From the NCBI GenBank assembly GCA_040377305.1, contig JBEIPA010000001.1, positions 160,001-224,000 of the forward strand: 64,000 bases of DNA, read 5' to 3'. This DNA comes from Flavobacteriales bacterium (GTDB lineage: Bacteria; Bacteroidota; Bacteroidia; Palsa-965). The notes below the pieces were generated by a model, which saw only the letters and a program-made list of their open reading frames with translations, searched no databases and had not been told where the DNA came from. Below, piece by piece: positions 20,961-30,660 of this stretch (within the stretch, counting starts at the first letter, position 1; every line of letters begins with the position of its first letter). Position numbers and translations under genes: made by a program.

Positions 20961-21178
20961 GATACATGGTCGCATCGCGACCAAACGTGTGTAAAAAATA
21001 TGCTTCTCCCCAAATGTACCATCCCTTTTTCCGGCGACGCCTTCGGCGTCGCCGGACAAAGGGAGGGTGGTTCATGATAGCACGTCTTTATTACACACGT
21101 TTGGTCCCTATCCTGACGAAGCGCCAGCGCGTGTCCGGATTCCGATATCGCATTGCGATCGTCGGAAACGGGACCATC
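20961..21178. repeat. ~220-bp nested palindromic intergenic element
   Basis: 16-bp perfect IR GACCAAACGTGTGTAA (20979-20994) / TTACACACGTTTGGTC (21091-21106), inner 12-bp GC hairpin 21030-21056, further TGGTCCC/GGGACCA pair 21102-21176. Confidence 0.65.
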
Positions 21179-21181
21179 GTG

Positions 21182-23812
21182 TTAGAGATTCGCCAACTGC
21201 GCTTCAATTGCTTTGATCTTCGACTCTGCATCGCTCATCTTCTTCTTCTCGCTGTCGATGACTTCAGGCTTAGCGTTCGCAACAAATCGTTCGTTTGCCA
21301 GTTTCTTCTGAACGGATGTCAGAAATCCTTTGTTGTAAGCAAGATCCTTCTCCAGGCGTTCGCGTTCTTCTTCAATGTTGATTGAACCAGAAGAAGGAAT
21401 AAAGAAATTCGTAGAACCCGCGTTGAATGAATATGCGTTCTCCGGATTTTCTTTCACTACTTCAACAGAAGAAATATTCGCGAGCTTCTGAATCGCAGGG
21501 AAGAATTTGTTGTCTGGATTTCCAGCAACTTTCAACTCCAGCACTTCTTTGGGCGACATCTGCTTCTGCGAGCGATACATGCGAATTGTCGTCACCGCCT
21601 GCTGTGCCATTTCAAAAGATGAAATGACTTTTGCGTCAAACGATTTTGCTTCGGGCCACTTAGCTACAATCATAGCGTCCAAGCCTTTTCTTTCCGCGAG
21701 CAGATGATACAGCTCTTCGGATATGAATGGCATGAATGGATGAAGTATTTTCAGAATGCGTTCGAAAAATTCTGCACTCGCAGCATACGTTATTGCATCA
21801 ATCGGTTTTGAAACGCCATCAACGAATTCAGGTTTCACCAATTCGAGATACCACGCACAGAAGTCATCCCACACGAGTTTGTAAGTTGCCATCAATGCAT
21901 CTGACAAACGAAATTTCGTATAGTGATCGTTGATCTCCGCAAGCTGCTGATTGAACTTCGCATCAAACCAATCAATCGCTGCTTTCGCAACGTCAGGTTG
22001 TGCTGCTGATGAATCAACGGTCCATCCTTTTACGAGACGGAATGCATTCCAAATCTTATTCGAGAAGTTTCTTCCCTGCTCGCACATCGATTCGTCGAAT
22101 GGCAAATCGTTGCCGGCAGGCGAACACAACAGCATTCCCACGCGAACACCGTCGGCGCCGAATTTCTCAATGAGACCAAGCGGATCAGGAGAATTTCCGA
22201 GCGACTTCGACATTTTTCTTCCTTGCTTGTCGCGCACAATTCCGGTGAGATAAACATTCGAAAATGGTTTATCTCCAACGTATTCGTAGCCAGCAATGAT
22301 CATTCGCGCAACCCAGAAAAACAAAATTTCCGGAGCGGTAACGAGATCATTCGTCGGATAATAATATTTCAGATCGGCATTGATATTTGCTTTTCCATTG
22401 CGGATTGCAGCGGGATCGAAAACGGTAATTGGCCAAAGCCATGAAGAGAACCACGTATCAACTACATCTTCATCTTGTCGGATTGACCCTGTAGAACCTT
22501 TCTTCGCAAATTCTGCTTTTGCTTCCGCTTCCGTTTTTGCTACAACGAAATTTCCGCTCTCATCATACCACGCAGGAATACGTTGTCCCCACCAAAGCTG
22601 ACGGGAGATGCACCAGTCCTGTACATTCTCCATCCAATACTTGTAAGTATTGATGAACTTGTCGGGAATGAGATTCACTTCTCCTTCTACAACTGCTTTC
22701 AGTGCGGGCTTAGAAAATTCCTTCATAGCCACAAACCACTGCGGAGAAAGTCGCGGTTCAATTACAACATTGGTTCTTTCAGAATAACCGATGCTGTTCT
22801 TGATCTCATCCACTTTCGTGATGTGACCTTTCTCCTCGAGATCTTTTACAATTGCTTTGCGACAATGGAAGCGATCCTGTCCAACGTATAATTGTGCAGC
22901 AGCACTCATCGTTCCGTCCGGATTCAGAATGTCAATGGATTCCAGTTTGTGTTTCTTCCCGAGTTCGTAATCATTCTTATCATGTGCAGGCGTTACTTTC
23001 AGTGCACCTGTTCCGAATTCTTTGTCGACGTATTCGTCAGCGATAATGGTCACGGCACGGCCAATTAACGGCACCAATGCTTTCTTACCAACGAGTTTTG
23101 TATAGCGTTCGTCTTCCGGGTGAACACAAATCGCAGTATCGCCAAGGATTGTTTCCGGTCGTGTTGTGGCAATCGTGATCCACTCGTCCGAAGTCCCTTC
23201 AACTTTGTATTTGATGTAATACAATTTCGAAGTTGCTTCTTTCATGAAAACTTCTTCGTCCGAAACTGCAGTAAGTGCAGCCGGATCCCAGTTTACCATG
23301 CGTGTACCGCGATAGATATATCCCTTTTTATGGAGATCAATAAAAGTGTCGAGTACTGCTTCACTGAGTTGCTCGTCCATAGTAAAGCTCGTACGATCCC
23401 AATCACAAGAAGCCCCAAGTTTCTTCAGTTGCTCCAAAATGATTCCGCCGTATTTCTCTTTCCACACCCAGGCATGCTTGAGAAATTCTTCCCGCGACAA
23501 ATCTTTTTTGTTGATGCCTTGCTCCTTTAGAAGTGCTACAACTTTGGCTTCAGTTGCAATAGAAGCGTGATCTGTTCCCGGAACCCAGCAGGCATTTTTT
23601 CCCTGCATACGGGCGCGACGAATCAACACATCCTGAATTGTGTTATTCAGCATGTGCCCCATGTGCAGAACCCCGGTGACGTTTGGAGGAGGAATTACGA
23701 TTGTGTACGGTTCGCGATCATCGGGAATTGAACGGAAAAAGCCGTTTTCCATCCACCACGCGTACCATTTTTCCTCTACTGACTTAGGGTCGAATGTTTT
23801 GGGGATTTCCAT
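21182..23812 (-). CDS. valS: Valine--tRNA ligase
   Basis: PPPNVTGVLHMGH (HIGH), ATTRPET, GTGALKVTPAHD, DWCISRQLWWG, KMSKS, C-terminal coiled coil; start MEIPKTF at 23812. Confidence 0.98.
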   Translation of the reverse strand: MEIPKTFDPKSVEEKWYAWWMENGFFRSIPDDREPYTIVIPPPNVTGVLHMGHMLNNTIQDVLIRRARMQGKNACWVPGTDHASIATEAKVVALLKEQGINKKDLSREEFLKHAWVWKEKYGGIILEQLKKLGASCDWDRTSFTMDEQLSEAVLDTFIDLHKKGYIYRGTRMVNWDPAALTAVSDEEVFMKEATSKLYYIKYKVEGTSDEWITIATTRPETILGDTAICVHPEDERYTKLVGKKALVPLIGRAVTIIADEYVDKEFGTGALKVTPAHDKNDYELGKKHKLESIDILNPDGTMSAAAQLYVGQDRFHCRKAIVKDLEEKGHITKVDEIKNSIGYSERTNVVIEPRLSPQWFVAMKEFSKPALKAVVEGEVNLIPDKFINTYKYWMENVQDWCISRQLWWGQRIPAWYDESGNFVVAKTEAEAKAEFAKKGSTGSIRQDEDVVDTWFSSWLWPITVFDPAAIRNGKANINADLKYYYPTNDLVTAPEILFFWVARMIIAGYEYVGDKPFSNVYLTGIVRDKQGRKMSKSLGNSPDPLGLIEKFGADGVRVGMLLCSPAGNDLPFDESMCEQGRNFSNKIWNAFRLVKGWTVDSSAAQPDVAKAAIDWFDAKFNQQLAEINDHYTKFRLSDALMATYKLVWDDFCAWYLELVKPEFVDGVSKPIDAITYAASAEFFERILKILHPFMPFISEELYHLLAERKGLDAMIVAKWPEAKSFDAKVISSFEMAQQAVTTIRMYRSQKQMSPKEVLELKVAGNPDNKFFPAIQKLANISSVEVVKENPENAYSFNAGSTNFFIPSSGSINIEEERERLEKDLAYNKGFLTSVQKKLANERFVANAKPEVIDSEKKKMSDAESKIKAIEAQLANL

Positions 23813-23827
23813 TTGTTGGTTATCTTC

Positions 23828-23903
23828 GTTAGTCTCGTTTTTCGAGTGACAGCTGATCCCGATAGGTTTGGGAATGACACCACTCAAACGAGAGGCAAAT
23901 TTA
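23828..23903 (-). promoter_or_regulatory. valS promoter (TAAATTTG) followed by a long hairpin 5' leader
   Basis: Minus strand reads TAAATTTG-cc-TCTCGTTTGAGTG...TCCCAAACCTATCGGGA...CACTCGAAAAACGAGA upstream of the ATG. Confidence 0.5.
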
Positions 23904-23996
23904 CTAAAAAACAGCGCTTTTCGCCCTTATACTGGCACGATTTCTGATGTAATTACCCGATAACACAACCAACAAAACGATTCAAAAATTAAAGTC

Positions 23997-24581
23997 ATGA
24001 AAAAACTATTCCTCTTGCCACTTTTAGCCCTGAGCGTAATCACGGCATCTGCACAGGCTCCAACCGTTTCTGGTGGAACCGAGCGTCCGGGACCTACGAT
24101 GAAATTCGAAGAGCTTGACCACAACTTCGGAACTATCAAACAGGGTGAGTCTGTTACTCACATCTTTAAGTTCAAGAATGATGGCAAAGAGCCGCTGATT
24201 ATCAACACTGCGGTTGGTTCATGCGGATGTACAGTTCCTGAGTATCCAAAAGAGCCAATCCGTCCAAACGGTGCGGGTGAAATCAAAGTTACTTTCAACT
24301 CTACTGGAAAATCAGGTCCACAAGACAAGACGATCACTATCACTTATGATACTGACAAGACAGTTGTACTGCACATGCGTGGTACTGTAGAAGTTCCGGC
24401 ACCAGCGCCTGCTCCTGCTGCTCCTGCACAAGGACCAGCTCAAGCACCAACTGCAAAGCCTGCTGCTTCGCCAGCTCCTGCTCCGACTGCACAACCAAAA
24501 GTTGTTGCAACTCCTGCTCCCGCTCCTGCCGCAACTAAAGATGCGCAGCCAGCTCCAGCACCTGCTAACAAACCAAAATAA
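23997..24581 (+). CDS. DUF1573 domain protein 1 with Pro/Ala-rich tail
   Basis: HNFGTIKQG..FKFKNDGKEPLII..GSCGCTVPEYPKEPI; signal peptide; PAPAPA tail. Confidence 0.9.
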   Translation: MKKLFLLPLLALSVITASAQAPTVSGGTERPGPTMKFEELDHNFGTIKQGESVTHIFKFKNDGKEPLIINTAVGSCGCTVPEYPKEPIRPNGAGEIKVTFNSTGKSGPQDKTITITYDTDKTVVLHMRGTVEVPAPAPAPAAPAQGPAQAPTAKPAASPAPAPTAQPKVVATPAPAPAATKDAQPAPAPANKPK

Positions 24582-24607
24582 TCAATCACACCGTTTTTTC
24601 ATTACCA

Positions 24608-25114
24608 ATGAAAAAGTTCATCACACTTGCAGCACTTTGCGCTTTCGCCTTCACGGTGAATGCGCAAACTCCTGCTCCAAAGCCGAAGGCAACACCTGCA
24701 GCACCGGCGGCAACTTCTGCTCCTGCTCCGCAGGCAGATCCTGGTTATAAGTTCGACAAGCTGGATCACGATTACGGTACAATCCAAAAAGGTGCTGAGC
24801 CTTATTGTGAGTTCCGTCTTACAAACACAGGAAAAGCTCCGCTTGTAATTGCAAGCGCTGTTGGATCATGTGGCTGTACAGTTCCGGAATATCCTAAAGA
24901 GCCAGTAGCTCCAGGACAATCTGTGATTATCAAGGTTCGTTACGACACCCAGCGTATTGGTCACTTCGAAAAGCAAGTGACAGTAAGTTTTGCTGGTCAG
25001 TCGACTCCTGCGATTTTGAAAATTCACGGTACTGTTGAAGCTCCTCCTGCTGATCAGCCATTCCCGGGTCCGGGAACCGGCACAGGAACGACGGGCGCAC
25101 CAGTTAACCAGTAA
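24608..25114 (+). CDS. DUF1573 domain protein 2
   Basis: HDYGTI..NTGKAPLVI..SCGCTVPEYPKEPVAPG. Confidence 0.9.
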   Translation: MKKFITLAALCAFAFTVNAQTPAPKPKATPAAPAATSAPAPQADPGYKFDKLDHDYGTIQKGAEPYCEFRLTNTGKAPLVIASAVGSCGCTVPEYPKEPVAPGQSVIIKVRYDTQRIGHFEKQVTVSFAGQSTPAILKIHGTVEAPPADQPFPGPGTGTGTTGAPVNQ

Positions 25115-25125
25115 TCTTAAACAAC

Positions 25126-25539
25126 ATGAAGAAGGCAATTGCGTGCCTGCTATTCGTAGCAGCTTTCATTAGTGTAAAGGCACAAGACCTTTCATCCGCT
25201 GCAAAAGCAGTTGAAGGGGCTGTGATCACTTTTGAAGAATCTGTGATTGACTTTGGAAATATTGTTGAAGGAAGCGAACAGCTCCGCACATTTAAGTTTA
25301 CGAATACGGGAACTGCACCTTTGATTATTTCCAGCATCAAAGGACAGTGTGGTTGCACGACGATCAGCGATAGCTGGCCGAAAGAAGCCATTGCTCCCGG
25401 CGCAAGCGGAGAGTTCCAGGTTAAATACGACACAAAGTCGCGCGTAGGACAATTCGACAAGAAAATTGTCATTACTTCGAATGCATCAGTTCCAGTAACT
25501 GAAGTGCATATCAAAGGAAACGTGACCGCGGCACAATAG
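25126..25539 (+). CDS. DUF1573 domain protein 3
   Basis: DFGNI..FKFTNTGTAPLII..QCGCTT..KEAIAPG. Confidence 0.9.
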   Translation: MKKAIACLLFVAAFISVKAQDLSSAAKAVEGAVITFEESVIDFGNIVEGSEQLRTFKFTNTGTAPLIISSIKGQCGCTTISDSWPKEAIAPGASGEFQVKYDTKSRVGQFDKKIVITSNASVPVTEVHIKGNVTAAQ

Positions 25540-25557
25540 CGTTTGTTGGTTAAAACT

Positions 25558-25592
25558 AAAAAGCCCTGCAGTGAAAGCTGACGGGGCTTTTT
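25558..25592 (+). terminator. Intrinsic terminator after DUF1573 gene 3
   Basis: AAAAAGCCC...GGGCTTTTT hairpin. Confidence 0.65.
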
Positions 25593-25681
25593 AATGTGCT
25601 AATATGTCAATCGGTTAATGTGCTAATCGAATATAAACGTATTTCTATCCGGTCATCTTATCATTCTATCATCCAATCATC
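25593..25681. repeat. Two degenerate 8-bp-period arrays (AATGTGCT-type and TCATCnnA-type)
   Basis: aatgtgct-aatatgtc-aatcggtt-aatgtgct (25593-25624); tcatctta-tcattcta-tcatccaa-tcatc (25653-25681). Confidence 0.55.
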
Positions 25682-25751
25682 GTTTCCGACCTAATTTAAC
25701 ACAGAGTGGTTCAGTTGTTGCTGTATAAAAGCAAACATTATACACACTAAC

Positions 25752-26210
25752 ATGAAACGAGTAATCTTAACGCTGATCTGTGCTGCGACATCACTGATCG
25801 CATTTGCACAACCAACAACATCAGATCCGGTGGTTGATCCTTCAGCTCCGAAAATTACATTTGAAACCACCGAATACAACTTCGATTCAATTGTGCAGGG
25901 CGATACAGTGAAGTACACATTCACATTCAAGAACACTGGAAAATCTCCGCTCGTGATTTCCGACGTAACAGTTGGATGCGGATGTACAGTTCCGAAATAT
26001 TCTAAAGAACCAATTGCTCCGGGCAAGAAAGGAACTATCTACGTTGAGTTCCGTTCAGCAGGGAAAATGGGTGTGCAGGAAAAACCGATTACGGTGATCT
26101 CAAACAACGGTGGCGGAAACGTCGTGTTGTTCCTCCGCGGCAAAGTAGTTGCAAAAGCTGGTGCTGATGCAGGTACAATGAACCGCACAGGCGGACCTCA
26201 GAATAAATAA
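25752..26210 (+). CDS. DUF1573 domain protein 4
   Basis: YNFDSI..FTFKNTGKSPLVI..GCGCTVPKYSKEPIAPG. Confidence 0.9.
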   Translation: MKRVILTLICAATSLIAFAQPTTSDPVVDPSAPKITFETTEYNFDSIVQGDTVKYTFTFKNTGKSPLVISDVTVGCGCTVPKYSKEPIAPGKKGTIYVEFRSAGKMGVQEKPITVISNNGGGNVVLFLRGKVVAKAGADAGTMNRTGGPQNK

Positions 26211-26380
26211 TACATCCCGAATAAAAATGATGCGCAACACGCTGACGATATTACTCTGTGTTTGCGCATCATTTATTTTGAGGCACGACCAAATATCAGT
26301 TTCGAAGATTCCGCCCAGGCTTGAATATGTTCCACCGGTTCCAGCGAACAAACCGAATCATTAATTTCTAACTTAGAACA

Positions 26381-26767
26381 ATGAAATCCCGCATCCTGTT
26401 ACTCGCAGTTATCGTCCTTACGCTAGGAGCTTTCAAATCCGGCACCGGACCAACGATGACATTCACCGAAACGAAACACAACTTTGGTTTTATTCGTCAG
26501 GGCGAAGTGGTTTCGCATGAATTCGAATTCACGAATACCGGAGACGGTCCGCTCATTATCAACGAATGTGTTGTTGCGTGCGAGTGTACCAAAGTTGAAT
26601 TCCCGAAAGAACCGATTGCGCCTCAGGCAAAAGGCAACATCAAAGTCACATTTGAATCGAAAAGCGCTATTGATCGTCAGGAACGCGATGTAGTTGTAAA
26701 ATCAAATGCTGCAAATTCACCGCAGACGCTTGTGTTTAAGTGTGTGGTTCTGAAACCAAAGGATTAA
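26381..26767 (+). CDS. DUF1573 domain protein 5 (CECT variant)
   Basis: HNFGFI..FEFTNTGDGPLII..ACECTKVEFPKEPIAP. Confidence 0.88.
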   Translation: MKSRILLLAVIVLTLGAFKSGTGPTMTFTETKHNFGFIRQGEVVSHEFEFTNTGDGPLIINECVVACECTKVEFPKEPIAPQAKGNIKVTFESKSAIDRQERDVVVKSNAANSPQTLVFKCVVLKPKD

Positions 26768-26844
26768 CCACTTACAAAACGAAAGTTTCCTATCCTGTTA
26801 TTTGCTTTATCTTTCATTCGCGTCCCGAAATGAAAATTTAAGCA

Positions 26845-28113
26845 ATGAAAAAAGCGCTTACCATTCTGTTTGCATGTAGCACTCTTGTCCTTTCTGCGCA
26901 ATGGGTGTCCGTACGTCATGATTCCGATAATATTTTCGACGAGGGATATTTTATCAATGAAGATACCGGTTATGCGATCGGAGAAGAGTATTCGACAGGT
27001 ACACAGGCGCTCATTCTTCGAACACTTGACGGTGGTGTAACATGGGACACCACATTTTTCCCTTCGGGTTATGGGATGGGATGCATAAGTATTCCAACGT
27101 CGTTAGTTGGGTACGCAGGTGGAAGAGACTGTGTCATCAACAAGACTGTAGATGGAGGGAACACGTGGAACCCAGCACCCAACTTTCCGGTTTCGCTTAA
27201 TGACCTTTATGACTTTCATTTTATCAGCGCTGATACCGGATTTGTCATTGACGTCGGTGGAGTTATTTGGAAAACGACTGACGGTGCAAACACATGGAAC
27301 ATTGTTTATTCACCCGGTCAGTGGCTGAATCAACTTGGCTTCCCAAACGAAGGGAATATGCAGTTTGTGAATGACACACTTGCCTACGCCGCACTTGGTG
27401 AAAATGGGTTGATAGCAAAATCGCTTGATGGAGGAAATTCGTGGACGAGCATAAGTACAGGTGACACCACCATTCACATTAACGCCATATATATGATTAA
27501 TGCCGACACAGGCGTTGCAGTGGGCCGACATGGTAAGTACGTCCGTACTACAAATGGTGGCTCCAGCTGGAGTCCAGTAGCGCAGATTCCTAATACGCTA
27601 TGCTATCTTATGGATATCCTATTTTTCAATGATTCTGTTGGATATATGATTGGAGGGAATGACTATTACAATTGGCCACCATCTCCGGTTAAATATGGTT
27701 TGATATATGCTACATCCGACGGAGGTGTAACCTGGACATTAACCGACAGTTTGAATCGTGGTTGGTTAACTGCCTTGCATAAAGTCAGTGATTCAGTTGC
27801 GTACTGTTTCGGATGGGATGGACGTGTTTTAAGAATCAGTAATCCTGTGCAATATCTGGGTGTGGATGAGCCGTCAACTGCTTTAGGAATTTCAGTGTTT
27901 CCGAATCCGGCTACTTCAATACTTAATGTACAAGTTACAACTCAGGAAATATGCACGTTCCGGTTGTATGATTGTTTAGGAAGAACCGCACGTGAACTAG
28001 AATTCGAATCGTCAACTGTCATATCAATCGAAAATTTACCACAAGGAATTTACTATTGGGAGGTGCGTTCCAGTGGCAAATTTCAAGCTGGGGGAAAAAC
28101 AGTGAAGCAATAG
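26845..28113 (+). CDS. YCF48/BNR-repeat beta-propeller protein with T9SS type-A CTD
   Basis: Repeated (R/K)TxDGGxTW Asp-boxes; C-terminal VFPNPA...GIYYW..GGKTVKQ. Confidence 0.88.
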   Translation: MKKALTILFACSTLVLSAQWVSVRHDSDNIFDEGYFINEDTGYAIGEEYSTGTQALILRTLDGGVTWDTTFFPSGYGMGCISIPTSLVGYAGGRDCVINKTVDGGNTWNPAPNFPVSLNDLYDFHFISADTGFVIDVGGVIWKTTDGANTWNIVYSPGQWLNQLGFPNEGNMQFVNDTLAYAALGENGLIAKSLDGGNSWTSISTGDTTIHINAIYMINADTGVAVGRHGKYVRTTNGGSSWSPVAQIPNTLCYLMDILFFNDSVGYMIGGNDYYNWPPSPVKYGLIYATSDGGVTWTLTDSLNRGWLTALHKVSDSVAYCFGWDGRVLRISNPVQYLGVDEPSTALGISVFPNPATSILNVQVTTQEICTFRLYDCLGRTARELEFESSTVISIENLPQGIYYWEVRSSGKFQAGGKTVKQ

Positions 28114-28219
28114 GCCGGTTTTCGCAGTTATTCCAGCGCGAAGTTCATCGTTTTAACCGCGAACTTAGAACGGAGAACTTAGAACTTTTCCCGACCTTTG
28201 TGTTTCATTCCAATGTGAT

Positions 28220-29449
28220 ATGCCAAAGATTTCTGTAAAGGCCGGCTCAATGCCAGCGTCTCCGATTCGCAAACTTGTTCCTTACGCTGATAAAGCGAAA
28301 AAAGAAGGCAAGAAAATTTACCATCTGAACATCGGTCAGCCGGACATTGAAACTCCGGAAGTGATGCTGAACGCAATCAAGAATTCGAACATTCGCGTGA
28401 TTGAGTACACGCATTCGGCAGGAACAGAAAGCTATCGCAAAAAACTTGCGGCATACTATCAGCGATTCAACATGCCGGTAACCACGGAAGATGTGATGAT
28501 CACTACCGGTGGATCGGAAGCGATTGAAATTGCAATGATGACTTGCTTCAATGCAGGTGATGAAATAATTATTCCGGAACCATTTTACGCAAACTATAAC
28601 GGTTTTTCGTGTGCAGCTGATCTGGTGATCAAACCTATTCGTTCATACATCGAAACCGGATTTGCGCTTCCTCCGATTGCCGAGTTTGAGAAACTGATTA
28701 CTCCGAAGACAAAAGGAATAATGATTTGCAATCCCGGAAATCCGACTGGATATCTCTACACGCGTGAAGAGCTCGAGGCATTGAAAGAAATCGTGAAGAA
28801 GTATGATCTCTTTTTGTTGTCGGATGAAGTGTACCGCGAATTCTGTTACGACAACAAGCAATATGTTTCTGTCATGCATCTGGAAGGAATTGACAACAAC
28901 ATTGTATTGCTCGATTCTATTTCAAAAAGATATTCAGCATGCGGTGCGCGAATTGGTGCACTTATTTCGAAGAACAAAGAAGTAATGAATGGCGCATTGA
29001 AATTTGCGCAGGCGCGTTTGTCTCCACCTACATTCGGACAGGTGGGTGCAGAAGCTGCTTTGGAAACTCCTCAGTCCTATTTCGATGCAGTGACAAAAGA
29101 ATACACTGCCCGCAGAAATTTTGTGATTGAATCGCTCAACAAAATGGATGGCGTGTTCTGTCCGAAACCGAGTGGTGCGTTCTATTGCATTGCACGCTTA
29201 CCGATCGACAACGCTGATACATTCTGTCAGTGGTTACTCGAAAGTTTCAGCTACAACGGACAAACCGTGATGCTAGCACCAGCCACGGGCTTCTACTCTA
29301 CTCCAGGTGCAGGAATCAACGAAGTTCGTATCGCTTACGTTCTCAATCTCACTGATCTTGGCAATGCAATGAATTGCCTGGAAGAAGCATTGAAAGTTTA
29401 TCCCGGCAGAACTGTGGTAAAGACAGAAACAGTTGCTGAAGTAAAATAA
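28220..29449 (+). CDS. PLP-dependent aminotransferase class I/II (aspartate aminotransferase-like)
   Basis: LNIGQPD, CNPGNPTG, SDEVY, DSISKRYSACGARIG. Confidence 0.93.
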   Translation: MPKISVKAGSMPASPIRKLVPYADKAKKEGKKIYHLNIGQPDIETPEVMLNAIKNSNIRVIEYTHSAGTESYRKKLAAYYQRFNMPVTTEDVMITTGGSEAIEIAMMTCFNAGDEIIIPEPFYANYNGFSCAADLVIKPIRSYIETGFALPPIAEFEKLITPKTKGIMICNPGNPTGYLYTREELEALKEIVKKYDLFLLSDEVYREFCYDNKQYVSVMHLEGIDNNIVLLDSISKRYSACGARIGALISKNKEVMNGALKFAQARLSPPTFGQVGAEAALETPQSYFDAVTKEYTARRNFVIESLNKMDGVFCPKPSGAFYCIARLPIDNADTFCQWLLESFSYNGQTVMLAPATGFYSTPGAGINEVRIAYVLNLTDLGNAMNCLEEALKVYPGRTVVKTETVAEVK

Positions 29450-29454
29450 CGCGT

Positions 29455-30051
29455 ATGCTTCGCAAAATTCTGTTCGCAGTTTTGATGTTTGGATTCGTTC
29501 CGAATATTACTGCGCAGAATTCTGACATCAATCTACTTCGCCAGTTCAATGGTCCGATCAATTCCAATCCGGATGCATTGATGCGCGGAGTTTCCAACTC
29601 GGTTATTCCATTGATGATCGCTATTCCAGCAGGATTGTTGATTTACAATCGCACTACAACAGGTTCCTGGACAGAGAAGCACGAACCTTATGTAATTGGT
29701 TTTTCTTTAGTAGCGACCGTTGGAATCACTTACGGATTAAAGAAAATTGTAAATCGTCCGCGTCCTTTTGTGACGTACTCCGACATTTACCAGAAGGATT
29801 CACATGTGGGTCCGTATTCATTTCCATCGGGACATACGTCATCTGCATTTGCTCTCGCAACATCTGTGAGCTTATGTTATCCGAAATGGTATGTGATTGC
29901 TCCAGCCGCACTCTGGGCAATTACTGTAGGATGTTCGCGCATGTATCTTGGCGTGCATTATCCCACCGACGTGTTGATTGGCGCCTTAATTGGCTCAGGA
30001 TGTGCGGTGTTGACATACCAGCTCAACAAAAAGCTTTCAGGGCCCCAGTAG
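29455..30051 (+). CDS. PAP2 family phosphatase
   Basis: KKIVNRPRP, SFPSGH, SRMYLGVHYPTDV. Confidence 0.92.
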   Translation: MLRKILFAVLMFGFVPNITAQNSDINLLRQFNGPINSNPDALMRGVSNSVIPLMIAIPAGLLIYNRTTTGSWTEKHEPYVIGFSLVATVGITYGLKKIVNRPRPFVTYSDIYQKDSHVGPYSFPSGHTSSAFALATSVSLCYPKWYVIAPAALWAITVGCSRMYLGVHYPTDVLIGALIGSGCAVLTYQLNKKLSGPQ

Positions 30052-30138
30052 CTTTATAGTTACTGACATTGGTCAGACAGAAGCGGCATTCGAGTACATT
30101 CGGCTGCAAATCTTAGTACAGCTAACCAAACCTTACAC

Positions 30139-30639
30139 ATGATGAAAAAACCTCTTTTGATTCTGGGGCTGGTTGCTGGTAGTTATGGATTCCTGCATTC
30201 ACAATCAATCTCTCCTGATGTTATTTCAACAGCCGGAGATTTTTATTCGAATGCAAGCGGATCGATTTCGTGGACATTGGGAGAACCGATGGGCGAAACT
30301 TATACCTCTACCAACAACATCCTCACGCAGGGATTTCAGCAACCATGGGATTTTGGAACCGGAATGAATCCCGGAACCACACCTGTTGACGCTGATGTAT
30401 TCCCGAACCCTACAGCGGATGTAGTGAATCTCCAGTTCGACAATACTTCGAACGGAACGTACGTGATTGAAGTGTATAATGCACTCGGTCAGCAAATGAG
30501 CGCAACGCAGTTTACTGCAACGCCATCTGCACGCGCTACTGTTTCGCTTGCGGAATTCTCGAATGGAATTTATTTCATTACAGTACGCAAAGTCGATGGA
30601 ACAGAGTCCTCGACGTTCAAAATCACTAAAAACGAATAA
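30139..30639 (+). CDS. Small T9SS type-A CTD protein (module A, putative adaptor)
   Basis: Signal peptide, ~60-aa domain QSISPDVISTAG..SISWTLGEP..LTQGFQQP, then CTD VFPNPT..GIYFI..TFKITK. Confidence 0.88.
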   Translation: MMKKPLLILGLVAGSYGFLHSQSISPDVISTAGDFYSNASGSISWTLGEPMGETYTSTNNILTQGFQQPWDFGTGMNPGTTPVDADVFPNPTADVVNLQFDNTSNGTYVIEVYNALGQQMSATQFTATPSARATVSLAEFSNGIYFITVRKVDGTESSTFKITKNE

Positions 30640-30660
30640 CCCTACCCAACCTACCTCTAC

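Noticed and set aside
23813-23903. T-box riboswitch or attenuator peptide for valS
   Set aside because: The leader is too short (~80 nt), with no T-box consensus, terminator U-tract or Val-rich ORF.
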